Source of the DNA: Eledone cirrhosa
Taxonomy: Eukaryota
Length of the DNA: 64,000 nucleotides
Assembly (NCBI GenBank): GCA_964016885.1
Contig: OZ024753.1
Coordinates: 34,906,001 to 34,970,000 of the forward strand
Reading direction: 5' to 3'
Part shown: positions 15,546-27,616 of the stretch, piece by piece
Layout of the letters: every line of letters starts with the position of its first letter
Numbering within the stretch: the first letter of the stretch is position 1
Translations under genes and position numbers: made by a program
The notes under the pieces: model-generated
What the model saw: the letters and a program-made list of their open reading frames with translations, nothing else
Databases searched by the model: none
What the model was told of the DNA's origin: nothing

Positions 15546-15548
15546 AGA

Positions 15549-15887
15549 TGTGAAGGCACATGAGTTAGTGGTTAGAGCATTGGCTTGTAATTGAAAGGTT
15601 GTGAGTTCATTTCTTGGACCAGGTGATGCGTTGTGTCCTTGAGCAAGACACTTTACTTCATGTTGCTCCAGTTTACTCAGCTGTAGAAATGAGTTGCGAT
15701 GTCACTGATGGCAAACTGTATCGGCCATAGCCTTTCCCTTGGACCTCATCAGTGGCATGGAGAGGGGAGACTGGTATGCATGGGTGATTGCTGGTCTTCC
15801 ACAAACAACCTTGTCCGGACTTGTGCCTCGGAGGGAAACTTTCTAGGTACAAATACCATGGTCATTCATGACCGAAGGGGGTCTTCT
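15549..15887 (+). mobile_element. tRNA-derived CORE-like SINE (different 3' tail)
   Basis: Head TAGTGGTTAGAGC...GAGTTCATTTC; CORE TGTGTCCTTGAGCAAGACACTTTAC...CTCAGCTGTAGAAATGAG; tail ends GACCGAAGGGGGTCTT. Confidence 0.78.
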
Positions 15888-17220
15888 CTATATGATATTT
15901 ATTTATTTATAGTATATCTATCTATATATATATATATATATATAGCTTTTGTTGATCTAGAAAAGGCTCTCGATTTATTATTTCTATGTTCTGAGTTCAA
16001 ATTCCACCATGATCAACATTGCCTTTCATCCATTCAGGGTCAATAAAATAAAGTACCAGTCAAGTACTGAACTGATTTAGTCCCCTCGCCACCAATTTTA
16101 GAAACAGTTATATTAATTAATATTAATTAAAATATTACATCAATAATAGAAGCTATAAATAAATATAGCAACAGGTGATTTTTTTTTATTAATATAAAAA
16201 CAAAAACTAAAAACTAAGCATGAATAATTAAAAACCAGAAAATCTGAGGTTCAGCCAAGATTTGACCCAATGTCAATAATATTTAAGAGCTGCAATTTTA
16301 ACAATTCATCTATCTATGACATTAAAGCAAATAATCTTGATAGAATGTTTTGTAGGTTGTAGACATCAAAAAGCAACTCTTGTTATTTACTTAGAGAATA
16401 AAAAAAATCTGATACACGAAAATTTTATTTGTAGAAGATTAAAAATGAAATAAAAGAAAAAAGGAAATAGTTGTTTGACTGGTTCATACGAACTATGCTA
16501 CTGCTGAGATTTTTGTGATGCCATTTTTCAATAAACCAATAAAAATGTAAAAACCAGCATTGAAGAGAAATGTTTTCTATTGTTGTCTCAATATAAAAAA
16601 TAAAAAAACATATTTCTAACGAAAATCATAAAATGAAATGAAATAAATGGTCCTCCTCCCCCCCGCCCAAAAAAGAATTATATTCATCAAACAGCCATCA
16701 TAAATGTTACAGAGAGGTCATTTATTTTATTGACAAAATGAAACAAACTAGAATTTAAATGTCTGCAAAATCAAAAAGAAATGTTGATGAAATGTTGTAA
16801 GTTTGTGTGTGCCATGAACAAAAGATGACTTCTTATGTGTTAGCTACAAATATGAAAATTTTTAACAGTATTTGAAATTAATTTAGTAGCTTGACATGCT
16901 GCTCTTACTGACATAATTAATCTTTAGCTTTTAAACCAGCCATATCTGGTCAGTGGTACATGACTGCATTGAATCAGCTGACACATGTACATAACCAATT
17001 CAGGGACACTCACTCCCTCAGAGAGAGAAGTTAGAGTCTGTGGGAGGGTTATATTGGGGTTGATATTCAGTTGGACAGGTCAAGATGTCTGTTGCCAGCT
17101 AGCTCTCCACATCTGAAATATGTTGAAATCTGAGTTTCACATTTTTTAATGTGTGACAAGAGAACGAATGACGTGACATCAAGTAGTGTTGGTCCAGTGA
17201 CTGAGAATCATCGGTCTTGT

Positions 17221-20200
17221 CATGGAGCAGATAACTTGGGTCTATTGAGGCCTTGGTTACCAACCCATGTGTGTGTTGCTCTCATAGAGCAGATAACTTG
17301 GGTCTATTGAGGCCTTGGTTACCAACCTATGTGTGATGTTCTCATGGAGAAGATGACTTGGGTCTATTGAGGCCTTGGTTACCAACCTATGTGTGTGATG
17401 TTCTCATAGAGAAGATAACTTTGGTCTATTGAGGATTTGGTTACCAACCTATGTGTGTTGCTCTCATAGAGCAGATAACTTGGGTCTATTGAGGCCTTGG
17501 TTACCAACCTATGTGTGATGTTCTCATGGAGAAGATGACTTGGGTCTATTGAGGCCTTGGTTACCAACCTATGTGTGTGTTGTTCTCATAGAGCAGATAA
17601 CTTGGGTCTATTGAGGCCTTGGTTACCAACCTATGTGTGTTGCTCTCATAGAGCAGATAACTTGGGTCTATTGAGGATTTGGTTACCAACCTATGTGTGT
17701 GTTGCTCTCATAGAGAAGATGACTTGGGTCTATTGAGGATTTGGTTACCAACCTATGTGTGTGTTGTTCTCATAGAGCAGATAACTTGGGTCTATTGAGG
17801 CCTTGGTTACCAACCTATGTGTGTTGCTCTCATAGAGAAGATAACTTTGGTCTATTGAGGCCTTGGTTACCAACCTATGTGTGTGTTGCTCTCATAGAGC
17901 AGATAACTTGGGTCTATTGAGGATTTGGTTACCAACTTATGTGTGTGATGTTCTCATAGAGCAGATAACTTGGGTCTATTGAGGATTTGGTTACCAACCT
18001 ATGTGTGTGTTGCTCTCATAGAGCAGATAACTTGGGTCTATTGAGGCCTTGGTTACCAAACTATGTGTGTGATGTTCTCATAGAGCAGATAACTTGGGTC
18101 TATTGAGGCCTTGGTTACCAACCTATGTGTGTGATGTTCTCATAGAGCAGATAACTTGGGTCTATTGAGGCCTTGGTTACCAACCTATGTGTGTGTTGCT
18201 CTCATAGAGCAGATAACTTGGGTCTATTGAGGATTTGGTTACCAACCTATGTGTGTGTTATTCTCATAGAGCAGATAACTTGGGTCTATTGAGGATTTGG
18301 TTACCAACCTATGTGTGTGTTGCTCTCATGGAGAAGATAACTTTGGTCTATTGCGGCCTTGGTTACCAACCTATGTGTGTGTTGCTCTCATAGAGCAGAT
18401 AACTTGGGTCTATTGAGGATTTGGTTACCAACCTATGTGTGTGTTGCTCTCATAGAGCAGATAACTTGGGTCTATTGAGGATTTGGTTACCAACCTATGT
18501 GTGTGTTGCTCTCATAGAGCAGATAACTTGGGTCTATTGAGGATTTGGTTACCAACCTATGTGTGTGTTGCTCTCATAGAGCAGATAACTTGGGTCTATT
18601 GAGGCTTTGGTTACCAACCTATGTGTGTGTTGCTCTCATAGAGCAGATAACTTGGGTCTATTGAGGATTTGGTTACCAACCTATGTGTGTGATGTTCTCA
18701 TAGAGCAGATAACTTGGGTCTATTGAGGATTTGGTTACCAACCTATGTGTGTGTTGCTCTCATAGAGCAGATAACTTGGGTCTATTGAGGATTTGGTTAC
18801 CAACCTATGTGTGTGTTGCTCTCATAGAGCAGATAACTTGGGTCTATTGAGGATTTGGTTACCAACCTATGTGTGTGTTGCTCTCATAGAGCAGATAACT
18901 TGGGTCTATTGAGGATTTGGTTACCAACCTATGTGTGTGTTGCTCTCATAGAGCAGATAACTTGGGTCTATTGAGGATTTGGTTACCAACCTATGTGTGT
19001 GATGTTCTCATAGAGCAGATAACTTGGGTCTATTGAGGATTTGGTTACCAACCTATGTGTGTGTTGCTCTCATAGAGCAGATAACTTGGGTCTATTGAGG
19101 ATTTGGTTACCAACCTATGTGTGTGTTGCTCTCATAGAGCAGATAACTTGGGTCTATTGAGGATTTGGTTACCAACCTATGTGTGTGTTGCTCTCATAGA
19201 GCAGATAACTTGGGTCTATTGAGGATTTGGTTACCAACCTATGTGTGTGTTGCTCTCATAGAGCAGATAACTTGGGTCTATTGAGGATTTGGTTACCAAC
19301 CTATGTGTGTGTTGCTCTCATAGAGCAGATAACTTGGGTCTATTGAGGATTTGGTTACCAACCTATGTGTGTGATGTTCTCATAGAGCAGATAACTTGGG
19401 TCTATTGAGGATTTGGTTACCAACCTATGTGTGTGTTGCTCTCATAGAGCAGATAACTTGGGTCTATTGAGGATTTGGTTACCAACCTATGTGTGTGTTG
19501 CTCTCATAGAGCAGATAACTTGGGTCTATTGAGGATTTGGTTACCAACCTATGTGTGTGTTGCTCTCATAGAGCAGATAACTTGGGTCTATTGAGGATTT
19601 GGTTACCAACCTATGTGTGTGTTGCTCTCATAGAGCAGATAACTTGGGTCTATTGAGGATTTGGTTACCAACCTATGTGTGTGTTGCTCTCATAGAGCAG
19701 ATAACTTGGGTCTATTGAGGATTTGGTTACCAACCTATGTGTGTGTTGCTCTCATAGAGCAGATAACTTGGGTCTATTGAGGATTTGGTTACCAACCTAT
19801 GTGTGTGTTGCTCTCATAGAGCAGATAACTTGGGTCTATTGAGGATTTGGTTACCAACCTATGTGTGTGTTGCTCTCATAGAGCAGATAACTTGGGTCTA
19901 TTGAGGATTTGGTTACCAACCTATGTGTGTGTTGCTCTCATAGAGCAGATAACTTGGGTCTATTGAGGATTTGGTTACCAACCTATGTGTGTGTTGCTCT
20001 CATAGAGCAGATAACTTGGGTCTATTGAGGATTTGGTTACCAACCTATGTGTGTGTTGCTCTCATAGAGCAGATAACTTGGGTCTATTGAGGATTTGGTT
20101 ACCAACCTATGTGTGTGATGTTCTCATAGAGCAGATAACTTGGGTCTATTGAGGATTTGGTTACCAACCTATGTGTGTGTTGCTCTCATAGAGCAGATAA

Positions 20201-21357
20201 CTTGGGTCTATTGAGGATTTGGTTACCAACCTATGTGTGTGTTGCTCTCATAGAGCAGATAACTTGGGTCTATTGAGGATTTGGTTACCAACCTATGTGT
20301 GTGTTGCTCTCATAGAGCAGATAACTTGGGTCTATTGAGGATTTGGTTACCAACCTATGTGTGTGTTGCTCTCATAGAGCAGATAACTTGGGTCTATTGA
20401 GGATTTGGTTACCAACCCTTATGTGTGATGTTCTAATGGAGAAGATGACTTGGGTCTATTGAGGCCTTGGTTACCAACCTATGTGTGTGTTGCTCTCATA
20501 GAGCAGATAACTTGGGTCTATTGAGGATTTGGTTACCAACCCTTATGTGTGATGTTCTAATGGAGAAGATGACTTGGGTCTATTGAGGATTTGGTTACCA
20601 ACCCTTATGTGTGATGTTCTAATGGAGAAGATGACTTGGGTCTATTGAGGATTTGGTTACCAACCTATGTGTGTGTTGCTCTCATAGAGCAGATAACTTG
20701 GGTCTATTGAGGATTTGGTTACCAACCTATGTGTGTGTTGTTCTCATAGAGCAGATAACTTGGGTCTATTGAGGATTTGGTTACCAACCTATGTGTGTGT
20801 TGTTCTCATGGAGAAGATAACTTTGGTCTATTGAGGATTTGGTTACCAACCTATGTGTGTGTTGCTCTCATAGAGAAGATAACTTTGGTCTATTGAGGAT
20901 TTGGTTACCAACCTATGTGTGTGTTGCTCTCATAGAGAAGATAACTTTGGTCTATTGAGGATTTGGTTACCAACCTATGTGTGTGTTGCTCTCATAGAGA
21001 AGATGACTTTGGTCTATTGAGGATTTGGTTACCAACCTATGTGTGTGTTGCTCTCATAGAGAAGATAACTTTGGTCTATTGAGGATTTGGTTACCAACCT
21101 ATGTGTGTGTTGTTCTCATGGAGAAGATAACTTTGGTCTATTGAGGATTTGGTTACCAACCTATGTGTGTGTTGCTCTCATAGAGTAGATAACTTGGGTC
21201 TATTGAGGATTTGGTTACCAACCTATGTGTGTGTTGCTCTCATGGAGAAGATAACTTGGGTCTATTGAGGCCTTGGTTACCAACCTATGTGTGTGTTGCT
21301 CTCATAGAGAAGATAACTTTGGTCTATTGAGGCCTTGGTTACCAACCTATGTGTGTG
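17221..21357. repeat. 60/62-bp minisatellite, ~67 copies
   Basis: Unit GGTTACCAACCTATGTGTGTGTTGCTCTCATAGAGCAGATAACTTGGGTCTATTGAGGATTT, with a homogeneous centre and variant ends. Confidence 0.97.
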
Positions 21358-21364
21358 AGACACT

Positions 21365-21542
21365 CTATGAAGAGGGATGAGCAGGAGCAATGCCTTGAGA
21401 GTACAAATGTGTCAACTTCTGTATGGTGGGCCATGGACACTGAACACTGATCAAGGAAGGACAACAACCTAAGACAACAGCAATTTGCTCTACTAACACA
21501 TTTCTATCACCATCCTCCAGCATAACATATTCACCATTTTGT
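21365..21542 (-). CDS. Candidate terminal coding exon of an unknown gene
   Basis: Acceptor CATGTTCCCTGCAG; reads (R)QNGEYVMLEDGDRNVLVEQIAVVLGCCPSL...PSS*. Phase-compatible with 22858-22911. No homology recognised. Confidence 0.3.
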
Positions 21543-21612
21543 CTGCAGGGAACATGAAACATTGGCATGGCATGCTGTAATTTTCTTTGTGTATTTTAGG
21601 AGGGGTGGGGTG

Positions 21613-22733
21613 AAGAAGAAGAAGAAGAAGAAGAAGAAGAAGAAGAAGAAGAAGAAGAAGAAGAAGGTGAAGAAGAAGAAGAAGAAGAAGAAGAAGAAGA
21701 AGAAGAAGAAGAAGGTGAAGAAGAAGAAGAAGAAGAAGAAGAAGAAGAAGAAGAAGAAGAAGAAGAAGAAGGTGAAGAAGAAGAAGAAGAAGAAGAAGAA
21801 GAAGAAGGTGAAGAAGAAGAAGGCAAAGAAGAAGAAGAAGACGAAGGCGAAGAAGAAGAAGAAGAAGAAGAAGAAGAAGAAGAAGAAGAAGAAGAAGAAG
21901 GCGAAGAAGAAGGCAAAGAAGAAGAAGAAGGCGAAGAAGAAGACGAAGAAGAAGAAGAAGTAGAAGATGAAGGCGAAGAAGAATAAGGCGAAGAAGAAGA
22001 AGAAGAAGAAGAAGAAGAAGAAGAAGAAGAAGAAGGCGAAGAAGAAGGAGAAGGCGAAGAAGAAGAAGAAGAAGAAGAAGAAGGAGAAGGCGAAGAAGAA
22101 GAAGAAGAAGAAGAAGAAGAAGAAGAAGAAGAAGGCGAAGAAGAAGGCGAAGAAGAAGGTGAAGAAGAAGGCGAAGAAGAAGAAGAAGAAGAAGGCGAAG
22201 AAGGCGAAGAAGAAGGTGAAGAAGAAGGCGAAGAAGAAGAAGAAGAAGAAGGTGAAGAAAAAGAAGGCGAAGAAGAAGAAGAAGAAGAAGAAGAAGAAGG
22301 CGAAGAAGAAGAAGAAGAAGAAGAAGAAGAAGAAGAAGAAGAAGAAGAAGAAGAAGGCGAAGAAGAAGAAGAAGAAGGCGAAGAAGAAGAAGGCGAAGAA
22401 GAAGAAGGTGAAGAAGAAGAAGAAGGCGAAGAAGAAGAAGAAGAAGGCGAAGAAGGCGAAGAAAAAGGCGAAGAAGAAGGCGAAGAAGAAGAAGGCGAAG
22501 AAGAAGAAGAAGAAGAAGAAGAAGAAGAAGAAGAAGAAGAAGAAGAAGGCGAAGAAAAAGAAGGCGAAGAAGAAGAAGAAGAAGAAAAAGAAGAAGGCGA
22601 AGAAGAAGAAGAAGAAGAAGAAGAAGAAGAAGAAGAAGAAGAAGAAGAAGAAGAAGGCGAAGAAGAAGAAGGCGAAGAAGAAGAAGGCGAAGAAGAAGAA
22701 GAAGAAGAAGAAGAAAGAGAAGAAGAAAGAGAA
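21613..22733. repeat. Interrupted (AAG)n trinucleotide tract
   Basis: AAG runs punctuated by GCG/GTG. Confidence 0.97.
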
Positions 22734-22857
22734 ACCAATTTATGCAACTTTTTTTTTTTTCTAGATATTTATCTTTTCAATTCCAACTCTACCAAATCAA
22801 ACTGTCTACACTTTACTGCAATTTTCTGCAGAACCAATTATGGTTACAGTGATTCAC

Positions 22858-22911
22858 CTCTCTTGGAGTACCGAAACTTCTTTCTGGATACGATTAACTT
22901 TCTCAAGATGT
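22858..22911 (-). CDS. Candidate 54-bp internal exon
   Basis: Acceptor TTTCTTATCATAG and donor AG|GTGAAT; reads HLEKVNRIQKEVSVLQE; phase 2-2. Confidence 0.3.
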
Positions 22912-23351
22912 CTATGATAAGAAATGTCTAGTCGAGAATAATTAAACCAATGGCTAAAAATGCTGGAAGAGGAACAGAGATAGTAATTTATCAATGAAAC
23001 ATATAATTAAGACCTTAATAAATTAGCCATATCTGAAAACGTGTGTTGAAACCGATATTGTTATACTTTGGGAGGGTCATATGAAAATATATGAACAACC
23101 CTCCGGTTGTGGAACCAACCTACCAACCGGCAATTTATAAATTTTTTTAAATTTATAATTTAATTTATAATAAATTGGAGTGAAAGCTATGGTGCGTGTG
23201 TTTCTTATTGGCAACGTGAGGTTTCAAGATGTCTATGATAAGAAATGTTTAGTCGAGAATAATTAAACCAATGGCTAAAAATGTTGGAAGAGGAACAGAG
23301 ACAGTAATTTAGCAATGAAACATATAATTAAGACCTTAATAAATTAGCCAT
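22903..23351. repeat. 128-bp direct duplication flanking a 193-bp remnant of the P2 fold-back family
   Basis: 22903-23030 is nearly identical to 23224-23351. The insert 23031-23223 matches 29285-29331 and then 29711-29825. Confidence 0.85.
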
Positions 23352-23596
23352 GTTGTACATCAGTCCTTATCGTGAGGTAAGTGTTTGTGCATGTGTTTGT
23401 GCATGTGTCTGTGTGTAAGTTTCATGTATGTATGTATGTATGTATGTAGGTATGTGCACATGTGTGTATATGCATATGTGCTCTTGTGCATGTGAGTGTA
23501 TTGCGCATGTGTGTGCACTATTGCAGCTATTACATTGTTTTCAAGAACAAAGCATTTAAATGTAATCACATCCATTTAGCTGGAGAGGGAGGAGGG

Positions 23597-24132
23597 GAAG
23601 AAGGCAAAGAAGAAGAAGAAGAAGAAGAAGAAGAAGAAGAAGAAGAAGAAGAAGAAGAAGAAGAAGAAGAAGAAGAAGGCAAAGAAGAAAAAGAAGAAGG
23701 CGAAGAAAAAGAAGAAGAAGAAGAAGAAGAAGAAGAAGAAGAAGAAGAAGAAGAAGAAGAAGAAGAAGGCGAAGAAGAAGAAGAAGAAGAAGAAGAAGAA
23801 GAAGAAGAAGAAGAAGAAGAAGAAGAAGGCGAAGAAGAAGAAGAAGAAGAAGAAGAAGAAGGCGAAGAAGAAGAAGGCGAAGAAGAAGAAGAAGAAGAAG
23901 AAGAAGGCGAAGAAGAAGAAGGCGAAGAAGAAGAAGGCGAAGAAGAAGAAGAAGAAGAAGAAGAAGAAGAAGAAGAAGAAGAAGAAGAAGAAGGCAAAGA
24001 AGAAGAAGAAGGCAAAGAAGAAGAAGAAGAAGAAGAAGAAGGCAAAGAGCAAAGAAGAAGAAGGCAAAGAAGAAGAAGAAGGCAAAGAAGAAGAAGAAGG
24101 CAAAGAAGAAGAAGGCAAAGAAGAAGAAGAAG

Positions 24133-24166
<34 letters not shown>

Positions 24167-24180
24167 CCAACAACAACAAG
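23597..24180. repeat. Interrupted (AAG)n followed by (AAC)n
   Basis: Direct inspection. Confidence 0.97.
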
Positions 24181-24530
24181 AGGGAATTAAATTTTAACCA
24201 ATTAATTAACACTAATTAGTTGGAACCATATTATATGAAGTGACTAAATTCTTTAGTCATTCAACACTGCAGACATCTACCTTTCTACATGCATTAGGTA
24301 ACGCCACAGACATCTACCTGTGTATATACATCTATCTGATAAACACATATTAGATAACACTATAGACATCTACCTGTGTATATACATCTATCTGATAAAC
24401 ACATATTAGATAACACTATAGACATCTACCTGTCTATATACATATACATCTACCTGTCTAAATACATATACCTAAATACTTCTACCTGTCTACATACATC
24501 TACCAATATATATATATATATATATACACA

Positions 24531-24875
24531 TGGAGGCACATGGCTTAGTGGTTAGAGCATTGGCCTTGCAATCGAAAGGTTGTGAGTTCAATTCTCAGAC
24601 CGGGTGATGTGTTGTTTCCTTGAGCAAGACACTTTATTTCACATTGCTCCAGTTTACTCAGCTGTAGAAATGAGATGGTAGGGACTGGGGTCCCTATCAT
24701 TCCACTGCAAAGTGGTCGTGGAGGTGCCACGGCAAAAAAGCACCCAGCACTCACTGTAAATGAGGTTGGTGTTAGGAAGGGCATCCAGCTGTAGAAATCA
24801 AGCCAGAATCAGTTCCCGTCCAACCCTTGCAAGCAGGGAAAAGGGGACGTAAAAATGATGATGATGATGATGATG
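24531..24875 (+). mobile_element. Composite SINE: tRNA head + CORE-like domain + RTE-derived 3' tail
   Basis: TGGCTTAGTGGTTAGAGC and GAGTTCAATTCTC boxes, CORE-like segment, GGTTGGTGTTAGGAAGGGCATCCAGCTGTAGAAA, then tail CCCTTGCAAGCAGGGAAAAGGGGACGTAAAAA(TGA)n matching the LINE end at 7106-7163. Near-identical copy at 60740-61082(-). Confidence 0.88.
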
Positions 24876-25618
24876 ATACATATACATCTACCTGCCAAAA
24901 TACATCTACCTGTATACATACCATCAGGTAACACAATAGACATCTACCTGTATAATAGGACCAGTATATCTTGAATAACAACATGCCATGATAATGGTGA
25001 TGATACTCTATTATACAAAACTAGGAAACAACCAAGCCTATAAGGGAGTTGCATGTAGCCACTCAACCAGCTAGAAATAACAGCCAAATCTCACTTAAAT
25101 CACTACCTATTGTCTTTAAAATCAAAAGCAAGCATGCTTTAGATGATGTAGTTCTAGATATACCATACCCAGAAAAAAGACCAGATATTTATCTATTTAT
25201 GATTGAACTGTTTTTGATGATAGGCTTGTTCAATCATGGCTGAACTGGGGCTAACAGCAGCATCAACAAGGTTTAATCATAGTATTTAACAATAAATGTA
25301 TTCTATATAAGATGTGGGAAATGAAGTGGCCCTAATGTTACTTATCTAAACGGAAACCACTGGATGGTGGATGTGAGATTTATGGATTTTATTAATGGAT
25401 AATTGTTCAGAACTTTGGACTAGTTATTGTTTCTTTGATAATCTATTATAAAATCACTTACTGGGATTTCAACACTTGCATAGCTACTTATGAAATAATC
25501 TAAATTCACATATTTATGTGCGAGTGTGTAGTGTATAAACATACATATATATGTGTGTGTATATATTGTATATGTGTCTGTGTATGTGTATATGCGTGTG
25601 TGTATGTATATTTGTGTG

Positions 25619-26030
25619 CATCATCATCATTATCATCATCGTTTAACGTCCATATTCCACGCTTGCATGGGTTTGGACGGGAGTTTTCCAACTTGAGGCA
25701 GGAGTGGTTGTCTTGCTCGCATAGGACTGTCTGGCAGGTTTTCTACAGCTGGATGCCCTTCCTAACACCAACCACATTTACAGTGTGGAACTGGGAGGTT
25801 TTTACCGTGTTACCTACACGGCCACATTACAGCGTGGGCTGTGTGTTTTTTTGTCGTGACACCTACACGACCTCATTTGTTTCGGCCTGGATGTTGTGGT
25901 ACCAACATAACTTTACATTGAAAGGGGTGGTGTGGATGGGGTGGGGGTAGTGGGACGGGGGTGTATTTTGTAAGAGGTGCCTACTGACTGTAGTAGGTTT
26001 TACTTTGTATTTAGGTAAGGCGGGTCTTTT
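25619..26030 (-). mobile_element. RTE LINE 3' UTR (second family), 5'-truncated
   Basis: Homologous to 49481-49885 and 52805-53190; ends in GGACGTTAAAC(GAT)n. Confidence 0.85.
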
Positions 26031-26350
26031 GTGCATATATATATATATATCTGTGCGCCTATGTTAGTTGATATATTAAATTATCTATATATATATATAT
26101 GTATATATGTGAGTGTGTGTGTGTGTAATCCCTATTGCATTTATATATAAATACATGTACGCACACACATACCCACACAGAGGGTGTGGTGCATTTTGAA
26201 TCTGTGTGTAAATAAGAACAGATGAATGTACAAGCATGAATAACATATATGCTTTTAATAATTTTCAAAGCCTTTTACTTTGGCTCACATAATATAGTCT
26301 CCCTTCTCTTTGGAATTTCTGTGTAACAACAAATATATTTCCATGCACAG

Positions 26351-26485
26351 CTTTAGAATTCTATGCAGAAAAGTCCGCATGGAAACAAGCTCATGAGTTT
26401 GATAATGGTAAAATATATTCCACTTCGAGGCTCATACAAGGGTCATATTTCAACATAGATGACACACTGGGAGATCCTGTTATCG
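26351..26485 (+). CDS. Candidate 135-bp exon of an unknown gene
   Basis: AG acceptor and G|GTTAGG donor; stop-free LEFYAEKSAWKQAHEFDNGKIYSTSRLIQGSYFNIDDTLGDPVI in non-repetitive sequence. No homology recognised. Confidence 0.27.
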
Positions 26486-26684
26486 GTTAGGAAGAATATC
26501 AATAAATAAATAAATGAATAAATGAATGAATAAATGAATGAATAAATAAATAAATAAAAAAAATATGTTTTGGGGTTTGTTTGTTTTTTTTTTGTTTTGT
26601 TTTGATTTGCTTCTTGTTGAATTAAGAATTACATAGAATCATTTAAGTTCAACTGAATAGAAGATTTATTCAAAGAACTCAGGA

Positions 26685-26717
<33 letters not shown>

Positions 26718-26794
26718 CTTGTGTATATAAATATATGTATATACATATATATGTATATATATGTATACGTATGTATATATATATATATATACGT

Positions 26795-26862
<68 letters not shown>

Positions 26863-26869
26863 ACGTATG

Positions 26870-26911
<42 letters not shown>

Positions 26912-27139
26912 CACATTATATTTATTTATTTATTTATTAGCCTGAAGTATTCAGTGCGTAATTAGCGGCAATGCAACATGGATTCCTGGATCGAGAACTA
27001 AACAATAAAAAACCGACGGGAAGGAAGGAAGGACAGCTATTAGTAAGCAAGCAACCATGAAAGCAATCCAACCGTAACAGAGGAGAAATACACCAGAATA
27101 CAAGAATTAGCTAAACATAACTATAATTTTAACCAAAGA

Positions 27140-27201
<62 letters not shown>

Positions 27202-27387
27202 TTTTAAAAAATCAAAGCTACATTTGAACTTTGACCTCTTAAAGAGGATTTGAAGTAAAGAAGACTTATTAGATTACTGTGTTGTGTTGCAAGTCTTTGA
27301 GAGTTGCCTGTGTAACAACAATACAATGTAATGCAATGAAATGTTTGAATAATTGTTGCATGAGCTACAAAAGAAATCAATACTGAC

Positions 27388-27448
27388 AATGGTCCATCCA
27401 TAGCGGAGAAACCTAGACTGAGAGTCGTTATAAAACCACCTCGTTCCC
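27388..27448 (-). CDS. Candidate 61-bp internal exon
   Basis: Strong acceptor CTTCCATTTTTGTTTAG and donor GTCAGT; reads ERGGFITTLSLGFSAMDGP; ends in phase 2, compatible with 22858-22911. Confidence 0.25.
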
Positions 27449-27616
27449 CTAAACAAAAATGGAAGTAGCCAATGGTATATTTTCCTAGCTACAGCAATAC
27501 TAAGAATGAATTATATTCTTGGGAAAATTGCTTCAGTGGAAAAGTCAACAGAATTTATAACATCGTAACCTTTACAGATTGTCAAACTAAGATTTAAATA
27601 AATAAATAGATATTAA

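Noticed and set aside
17221-21357. CRISPR-like regular array
   Set aside because: The units are contiguous tandem copies with no unique spacers, the context is eukaryotic, and no cas genes are present.
21562-24212. Poly-Lys, poly-Glu and poly-Ser ORFs
   Set aside because: They are translations of (AAG)n tracts that are open in several frames on both strands.
24531-24605. tRNA gene
   Set aside because: The A/B boxes continue directly into a SINE body, so this is a tRNA-derived head present in several copies.
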